From Pseudomonadota bacterium (GTDB lineage: Bacteria; Pseudomonadota; Alphaproteobacteria; Rhodobacterales; Rhodobacteraceae), in NCBI GenBank assembly GCA_022573605.1, contig JACZTQ010000001.1:1-33999 (forward strand): DNA of 33,999 bases, given 5' to 3'. Below, one piece after another: positions 28,529 through 33,999 of the stretch (position 1 is the first letter of the stretch; each line of letters opens with the position of its first letter). Made by a program: the position numbers and the translations under genes. The notes below the pieces were generated by a model. The model made no database searches. It was not told the DNA's origin and saw only the letters and a program-made list of their open reading frames with translations.

Positions 28529-29584
28529 CTAGGCTGCCGCGACCGGCGTTGGCGCCTCGGCCGGCGCGAGCGCGGCGCGGCTTGCTTCGGACTCGAACTG
28601 CACCGGGCGCAGGTACAGCGCCAGGCGCGCCGGCATGTCGCGCCGCACCCGCACCGACAGCACGGTGACCGCGCCGGGCCCGTGGAACCCGTCGGGGGTC
28701 ATTGCCGTCATCCAGCGGTCGAGCGCGGCGAGGTTTTGCGGCCGCTCGGTCATCGGCAGCCGCAGCAGCGGCAGCAACTGCTCGGGCACGTCGGGCAGGG
28801 CGTCGATATTGACGTCGAGGCGCAGCTCGGGACCGTTGCGGCTGTTCAGAACCGTCAGCACCGAGGTTCCGGCGGGCAGCACGAAGCGGGCCCCGAGCAC
28901 GAACGAGACCAGCATCCGCAGGCCCCCGTGGCGCTCGCCGAGGCCGAGCGCCCGCATCAGCGGCGCCAGGTCGTCGAGCCGGGTATCGGCATCGATCGCG
29001 AACGACATCTGCTGCCCGCCCGAGGCGCGCCCGCAGCGGATCGTGGTATAGAGCGGCCGCAGCCCCGGCAGCTGCTCGACCGCGATGCGGGCCAGCGCCA
29101 TCAACGGCTCCGGCAGGGTGTCGGCGATATGCGGCCCCCATTCATAGCTGGCGGCGGCTTCGTTGAGACCGTTTTCGTCGAAGCCCAGGGCATACATCGC
29201 GCCGTAGCCCTTGGCTTGGGCCCAGTCGCCCCGCATGGCCTCGGTGCGGCCGTCGAGCCAGTGCCGGGCATCGCGCCCGAACTGCTCGCCGACCAGCTGG
29301 CGCATCGCCTGGGTGGAGATCTCGCGCTGATCGTCCCGGCCGACGCCGCGTCCGCTCGGCCGGACCTGGAAGGAGAGCGATTTCGGAGCCGTTTCGTAGA
29401 AGCTGGGTTCGAACGGACGCTCCCGGAGCTGATCTCCATGAGCGTCGTCCACGGTCCAGTCGAGCGACTTGTCGAGCGCGCTCGAGACACTGTGGAGCTG
29501 CGCCGGGTTGGGCGTCATGAGTCGGTTTGACGCCATGCCCAGCAGCGACTTGGCCGCGTCCGCGGCGCGTGTGCGATATGCCAT
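28529..29584 (-). CDS. Hypothetical protein, possible ABBA (PT-barrel) prenyltransferase-like fold
   Basis: SD AGGAGG. Five apparent beta-hairpins separated by helical segments, ending RLALYLRP. The CDS is well supported; the fold is inference. Confidence 0.75.
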   Translation of the reverse strand: MAYRTRAADAAKSLLGMASNRLMTPNPAQLHSVSSALDKSLDWTVDDAHGDQLRERPFEPSFYETAPKSLSFQVRPSGRGVGRDDQREISTQAMRQLVGEQFGRDARHWLDGRTEAMRGDWAQAKGYGAMYALGFDENGLNEAAASYEWGPHIADTLPEPLMALARIAVEQLPGLRPLYTTIRCGRASGGQQMSFAIDADTRLDDLAPLMRALGLGERHGGLRMLVSFVLGARFVLPAGTSVLTVLNSRNGPELRLDVNIDALPDVPEQLLPLLRLPMTERPQNLAALDRWMTAMTPDGFHGPGAVTVLSVRVRRDMPARLALYLRPVQFESEASRAALAPAEAPTPVAAA

Positions 29585-29639
29585 GACGGCCTCCTGTCCT
29601 GTTCAATCCGGCTCAAGGGGCGGCGCTGACGCGCCGGCC

Positions 29640-31772
29640 CTAGAACCCCGGCAGCATCGAGCGCAACTGGTCGAGGCTGGGCGCCTGTCCCCGACCGACC
29701 ATCTGCTTGATCTGTTCGATGCCGGAGAGGTCGATGCCACCGATTCCCCCGGCGCCCCCGCCGGCCATGCCGCCGGCCGCGGGCAGGCTCGGCGCGGCGA
29801 TGGTCTCGACCGGCTGGCTGTACTCGTCGACCATCGAATCCCGCACCCCGGAGACGGCCCGGAAATGCTGCGACGCCACCATCAGCGCCTGGGTGTCGTC
29901 GTAGCTCAGATCGCCTTCGTTATCCGCCGTCTCGGAGAACAGCGCCCGCCCTCTCGCGCTGTCGGACCAGACCGAATGGTTGTCGGCGGCGATGGTCATG
30001 ATGCGCTGGGTCTCGACCGCAAGCGTGCGGTGCAGCACCACATTGACGGTTTCGCCGAATTCGCGCTGGGCGACGCGCTCGACCACCTGCCACGGCGTGG
30101 TGACGCCGAAGGCGGTGCGGATCGACGGCATCGCCAGGATCTTGAGGATCTTCTTGATCTGGTTCGACATCCGTTCCGCCGTGAACGCGGTGCCGGCCCA
30201 GCCGCGCAGGCTGGCATTGGCCACAAAATCGCGCATCGACTTGCGCACGAACTCCGAATTCGTCGACTTGAACCGCTTGCCGCGCGCGGTGGCGTCGAGC
30301 ACGTTGAGGATGCTCCTCTCGCGCTCGTATTCGGCGATCGACGAGACCGCCCGCATCAGCAGGGTGTTGAACTCGGAATTCGGCTGCACGTCGAAACTGA
30401 TCTGCCCGCCGGGCGCGCCCAACACCCGGCCGTAGACCGAATAGCGGGCGGATTCGTCGAGGAAATCCTCCATCGACCAGTACAGCGTGTCGAGTTCGCG
30501 CGCCGTGCCGTCGGAGGCCGAAATCGGCAGCAGGCCGGCCATGAACAACTCGAGGATGCGGTTGGACACCCGGTGCATCATCATCTGTTCGAGCTGATAG
30601 GAGACGTAGATGGTCGAGACCGCGCGGATATTGTCGGGCTCGATCTCGTCGTTGTAGCCGTAGGGATCGGTGAGCGGCGGCAAGGCCAGGTCGGCCACCC
30701 CGCCGCCGGCGCCGCCGCCGCCCAGGGCGACGTCGCTGACATGCTGGGTGTATTTGGAGCGGGACAGCGAATCCAGCAGCTTGGTTTCGCCCAGGTGCTG
30801 GTCGTAGGCGTCGACCATCGCCCGGCCGGTGGCGGCGAAGGATTGCAGGAAGATCGGCACGCCGCGCAGGACCGGGCTCTCCGACAGGGCCTTGAAGACC
30901 TTGGCGTAGATCGAAATCCGCTGGGTCTCGCGGGCCGTCGGCGCGAACATGTTGACGCCGTGCTTGTCGATCTCGACTTCGTTCGATTCCTTGGCGCTGC
31001 CCGACAGCTCGGTCACGATCCGCTGGGCGGCGGCGAAGAACCGGGCGTCGCGGGGGTTGTAGTTCCCGTCCTGGAGCAGCAGTCCGGCGGTCGAGATCAC
31101 CCAGATCCTGGCATCCGCCTCGCTCGGGTCGTGCCCCAGAAGGGCGACGGCCTGAATCACCGCATCGATGAAAACGGCCTGACCCTCTTCGGTCTTGAGG
31201 CTGTCTGGCACCGGGGCCGTGTTGATGGCCGCGGCTTCGAGGATATCGATCCTCAGTTTCGTCGCGTCCGACATATCATGGTTCTCCTTCTCTTCCTCTT
31301 CCGGGTCTGACGCCGGGGGCTCGTCGCCGGGAAACTCCGTGTTCCCGAGAACGAATTGGTTGAAGTTAATCATAAGTCCCGCGTCGCCCGGGATCGCCGC
31401 GCTCATGGCGATGCGCAGGATCCGGGCGACCCGGTGATGGTTGTGGGCATGCGCGGTGACGTGAGTGCGTATGGCCTTGACCGCATTCGCCTTCTGCTCG
31501 CCGTCGAGACCGTCGATCGCCAGCTTCGCCGACAGCCAGCGCCGCGCGATCCGGCCGGCGATCGCCTCCATGAGCTCGCGAAGCGCATCGAGGTCGTCGA
31601 GCACTTCCTCCACCTTCTGGCCGATGTCGACGACCTTCTCGACGTCTTTCGGCGTCAGCACCTCGCCGGCGACCTCAAGCAGGCGCTCGATCTCGGCCCC
31701 GGTGGGTTCGCGGCCAAGGACATGGGCGGTCAGCGCCGCCGCGGCTATCGGAGAAAAATCGCTGAGGCTCAT
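29640..31772 (-). CDS. Large hypothetical helical protein (710 aa), possible internal start at 31274
   Basis: ATGA overlap with the subtilase stop. The C-terminal half aligns by eye with 26273-27277. Confidence 0.85.
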   Translation of the reverse strand: MSLSDFSPIAAAALTAHVLGREPTGAEIERLLEVAGEVLTPKDVEKVVDIGQKVEEVLDDLDALRELMEAIAGRIARRWLSAKLAIDGLDGEQKANAVKAIRTHVTAHAHNHHRVARILRIAMSAAIPGDAGLMINFNQFVLGNTEFPGDEPPASDPEEEEKENHDMSDATKLRIDILEAAAINTAPVPDSLKTEEGQAVFIDAVIQAVALLGHDPSEADARIWVISTAGLLLQDGNYNPRDARFFAAAQRIVTELSGSAKESNEVEIDKHGVNMFAPTARETQRISIYAKVFKALSESPVLRGVPIFLQSFAATGRAMVDAYDQHLGETKLLDSLSRSKYTQHVSDVALGGGGAGGGVADLALPPLTDPYGYNDEIEPDNIRAVSTIYVSYQLEQMMMHRVSNRILELFMAGLLPISASDGTARELDTLYWSMEDFLDESARYSVYGRVLGAPGGQISFDVQPNSEFNTLLMRAVSSIAEYERERSILNVLDATARGKRFKSTNSEFVRKSMRDFVANASLRGWAGTAFTAERMSNQIKKILKILAMPSIRTAFGVTTPWQVVERVAQREFGETVNVVLHRTLAVETQRIMTIAADNHSVWSDSARGRALFSETADNEGDLSYDDTQALMVASQHFRAVSGVRDSMVDEYSQPVETIAAPSLPAAGGMAGGGAGGIGGIDLSGIEQIKQMVGRGQAPSLDQLRSMLPGF

Positions 31773-32645
31773 GGCGTGGTCTCCCTTTCGTGGAAGTCGG
31801 TTTGATCGAGCAGGCTGAGCGCGGCCGGGATGTCGAGCATGCCGCTGCCGGCGCCGTGGTCATGCCCCCGGGCCGCGCCCTCGGCGGAAGCGGTCAGGAG
31901 CTGTTTCGCCTCGGCGCCGGTCAGGTCGTGGCCGCGCGACAGCGCGCGCGCGGCGAGCAAGGCGGCGGCGCCGGCGACGAACGGCGCGGCGTGGCTGGTG
32001 CCGGTGCTCTCGCGGTAGCCGTCCAGCCCGGCCGAGAAGACGTCCTCGCCGGGGGCGCAGAGCGCGATATGGGGGCCGCTGGTGGAGAATTCCGAGACCC
32101 GCCCGTCCAGGCTCATCGAGCCGACCGCGATGGTTTGCGGCAGGGCTGCGGGGTAGTAGGTCTCCTCCAGCCCCGAATTGCCCATCGCCGCGACCGGGAT
32201 CACCCGGTGCGCCTCGGCATAGCGCAGAACGTCGGAATGCGGGCCGGGGGCGTCCGGGTCGAGGTCGGCGCCGGCGGTCCCGAAGCTCATGTTGATGACC
32301 TTGGCGCCGAGATCGACGGCGATCTTGATCGCGGCGTCGATGTCGGACAGTCCGCCGACACCGACCAGTTCGCCCGATCCCATCAGCGCCGCCGCCAGGG
32401 CCCGGACCGGAATGATCGGCGAGGCGCCGGCGATGCCCCTGGGCATCCCCAGCCCGGCCGCGCCGATGAAACTGGCGCCGCGCCCGCATTCCGGTCACCC
32501 GCGCGAGGATCGCCCGGTCGACCCTGCCGCCGCCGTCGATCGTGCCGGCGGCCCGCGCGGCGCCCGCCAGCACGTCGAGATGGGCCGGCGCCCGGGTTTC
32601 CACCCCGGGCCGCAACTTGACGCAGATCCGGCCGCCGCGGTTCAT
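31769..32645 (-). pseudogene. S8 subtilisin-like serine peptidase, internally deleted and frameshifted
   Basis: Start at ATG 32645 (SD GGAGG, ATGA overlap) gives ~60 aa of propeptide-like sequence, MNRGGRICVKLRPG...RRQFH. The frame changes near 32467 into IGAAGLGMPRGIAG...VINMSFG, AAMGNSG, YYPAA, APGEDV, GTSHAAPFVAG. The catalytic Asp and His segments are absent. Confidence 0.82.
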
Positions 32646-33580
32646 CGCCCGTCCTCCCCGGCCGGATCGACATCGAGCCGGTAGGCCTGTCTGGCGCCGT
32701 CGGGCAGTTCGATCTCCAGGGCGCCGGCGGCGACGTTCTCCGGCAGGCCGAAGGAGACGCTCCGGGCGGTCGCGGCAAGGATCGGCAACTCGCGCCCGTC
32801 GAGGCGCGCCCGTGGCGCGATGCCCGCATCGAGCAGATTGTCGCCCCGCAGGCGGATCTGCCTGGCGCCCTTGCCGACCCGGATCACGGGCTTGCCGGGC
32901 CGCGCGCGGGGCGCCTTTCCGGCCGGCGCCAAGGGGGCCTCCGGCGGGCGCTTGATGCCTTGGCGGATGCGATCGGCCAGGCCGCCCGGCGCCAGGCCCG
33001 GGTCGGGGCGCTCGACCCCGGGGTCGAGCCACGGCCGCGGCGGATCGGCGGCCGGTTGCGGCACGGGTTGCGGATCACCGGGAGGATCGCCGGTCACCTC
33101 GTCGATACGGGGGCGCGAGAGGTCGAGCGCACTGCGGATGCGGTCCAGATCGACGCCGGAATAGCGCGACATGGTGTCCTCGCCGGCCCGGCGCTGAAGC
33201 TTGCGGAGCTGGGCGGCGTTGCGCACCCCGAGCTTTTCAAGCTGCCGGCGCTCGTCCGCCGCCAGCCCGACCTCCGCCAGGGTCGGCGCCTGCGTCATCT
33301 CGAGGGAAACCGTGTTTTCCTCGATCATCGGCCGCGTGATGGTGGTGAAACCGATCTTCACCTTGCTTGCTCCAGTTTCGTTCGGACCGCTGGGGCGCAT
33401 CGTCACCCTTCCTTCGCTGTCCATCTCCACGAACACTTGCAGGTCGACCGAGAAATCCTTGAGCGCGAAGGTCAGGGGCCGGTTCACGGCCTTCAGCCTG
33501 AGTGCGTCCTGGGTTTTGTCGAGCTGTGCCGTGATCGCCTCCAAGAACTCCTCGATCGGGTAGCTGCCGCCCCGCGCCAT
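32642..33580 (-). CDS. Hypothetical protein: Trypco2-like N-terminal domain, Pro-rich linker, IPT/TIG-like C-terminal domain
   Basis: N-terminal amphipathic helix PIEEFLEAITAQLDKTQDAL followed by strands FALKDFSVDLQVFV and SKVKIGF. C-terminal IRLRGDNL...ARLDGRELPIL..TARSVSFGLP...GALEI. Domain names are inference. Confidence 0.78.
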   Translation of the reverse strand: MARGGSYPIEEFLEAITAQLDKTQDALRLKAVNRPLTFALKDFSVDLQVFVEMDSEGRVTMRPSGPNETGASKVKIGFTTITRPMIEENTVSLEMTQAPTLAEVGLAADERRQLEKLGVRNAAQLRKLQRRAGEDTMSRYSGVDLDRIRSALDLSRPRIDEVTGDPPGDPQPVPQPAADPPRPWLDPGVERPDPGLAPGGLADRIRQGIKRPPEAPLAPAGKAPRARPGKPVIRVGKGARQIRLRGDNLLDAGIAPRARLDGRELPILAATARSVSFGLPENVAAGALEIELPDGARQAYRLDVDPAGEDGR

Positions 33581-33584
33581 GGGA

Positions 33585-33872
33585 TTACTCCGATGGGTTG
33601 GGGGCCGGGTCGGCCGGGTCTTCGGTTGGTCCGCCGGTCGGTGTCTGCTCTCGCTTGACGCGGATCCGGGTGCGATGCACGACCGGCTCCACCCCCGAGC
33701 GGTAGGCCGAATAGGGCGGGTGGGCGACGAACGCCGGTCCGTCGCGCCCGTGCACCATGCGCACCATCATCGGCAGCTCGATTTCCGCCTCGTCGATGCC
33801 GAGGTAGGGCTGCTCGGGGGTCACCCCCTCGATCAGCGCGATCAGGGTGTCGGACAGCATCATGCGGGTCAT
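33585..33872 (-). CDS. Small hypothetical protein (helix plus beta strands)
   Basis: SD GGGAGG, ATGA overlap upstream, 4-nt gap downstream. LSDTLIALIEGV..LGIDEAEIELPMMV..VVHRTRIRV. Confidence 0.75.
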   Translation of the reverse strand: MTRMMLSDTLIALIEGVTPEQPYLGIDEAEIELPMMVRMVHGRDGPAFVAHPPYSAYRSGVEPVVHRTRIRVKREQTPTGGPTEDPADPAPNPSE

Positions 33873-33999
33873 CGCCGGCCTCCCCCGCGCGGCCGGCGCG
33901 GATCATAGGGTTGCGTGATCAGGGACTGTTGAACCGTGGGCGCGGGCGGCGGCGCCAGGTCCTCGCCGGGCTCTGGCGGCGGCGGCGGTGGCGGCGCCA
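33869..33999 (-). CDS. C-terminal end of an upstream operon gene (5'-partial), proline-rich
   Basis: Open frame APPPPPPPEPGEDLAPPPAPTVQQSLITQPYDPRRPRGGGRR* whose TGA overlaps the next ATG (ATGA at 33869-33872). Confidence 0.65.
   Translation of the reverse strand, partial: APPPPPPPEPGEDLAPPPAPTVQQSLITQPYDPRRPRGGGRR

Noticed and set aside
26277-29141. N-terminal 955 codons of the 1456-aa ORF 24771-29141
   Set aside because: Arg/Ala/Gly-rich off-frame read-through across three real genes. Only the part from ATG 26276 is protein-like.
20155-33999. Assignment of the operon to T6SS, extracellular contractile injection system, prophage, encapsulin or a canonical cyanobactin cluster
   Set aside because: No sheath, tube, VgrG, baseplate, terminase, capsid, YcaO or precursor-peptide sequence is recognisable in the window. 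Upstream genes are not visible, so this rejection is provisional.
1-33999. CRISPR array, tRNA, rRNA, transposase or integrase
   Set aside because: No regularly spaced repeats, RNA gene signatures or recombinase motifs were seen by eye.

Overview
GC-rich bacterial window, most likely alphaproteobacterial (inferred from the aapJQMP operon and the style of the intergenic palindromes). The left ~19 kb is ordinary metabolism and transport: a partial M14-family deacylase, a five-gene peptide/nickel-type ABC importer, aapJQMP, a secreted hypothetical protein, a ThDP enzyme, and a two-gene formate dehydrogenase whose first subunit appears to have a GltD-like FAD/NAD(P) module inserted into a NuoG/FdsA-type N-terminus. 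A short AT-rich islet (~19.05-19.98 kb) holds a PD-(D/E)XK-like ORF and an unannotated MT-A70 methyltransferase remnant. The most interesting region is 20155-33999, a tightly coupled minus-strand operon of at least 11 genes running off the right edge, which I cannot assign to a named system. It encodes two small helix-plus-beta proteins (Trypco2-like), an internally deleted and frameshifted S8 subtilase, two paralogous helical proteins, a predicted ABBA prenyltransferase-like barrel, three paralogues with long aromatic-tipped beta-hairpins, and a signal-less multi-domain protein (DUF3238-like, two trypsin domains, Gly-rich tip). Short A-R-A-[QLM] and GGLP motifs recur in the linkers. My working hypothesis is a protease-matured, pore-forming or secreted conflict/effector system. 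All family assignments come from reading motifs by eye; no searches were run.
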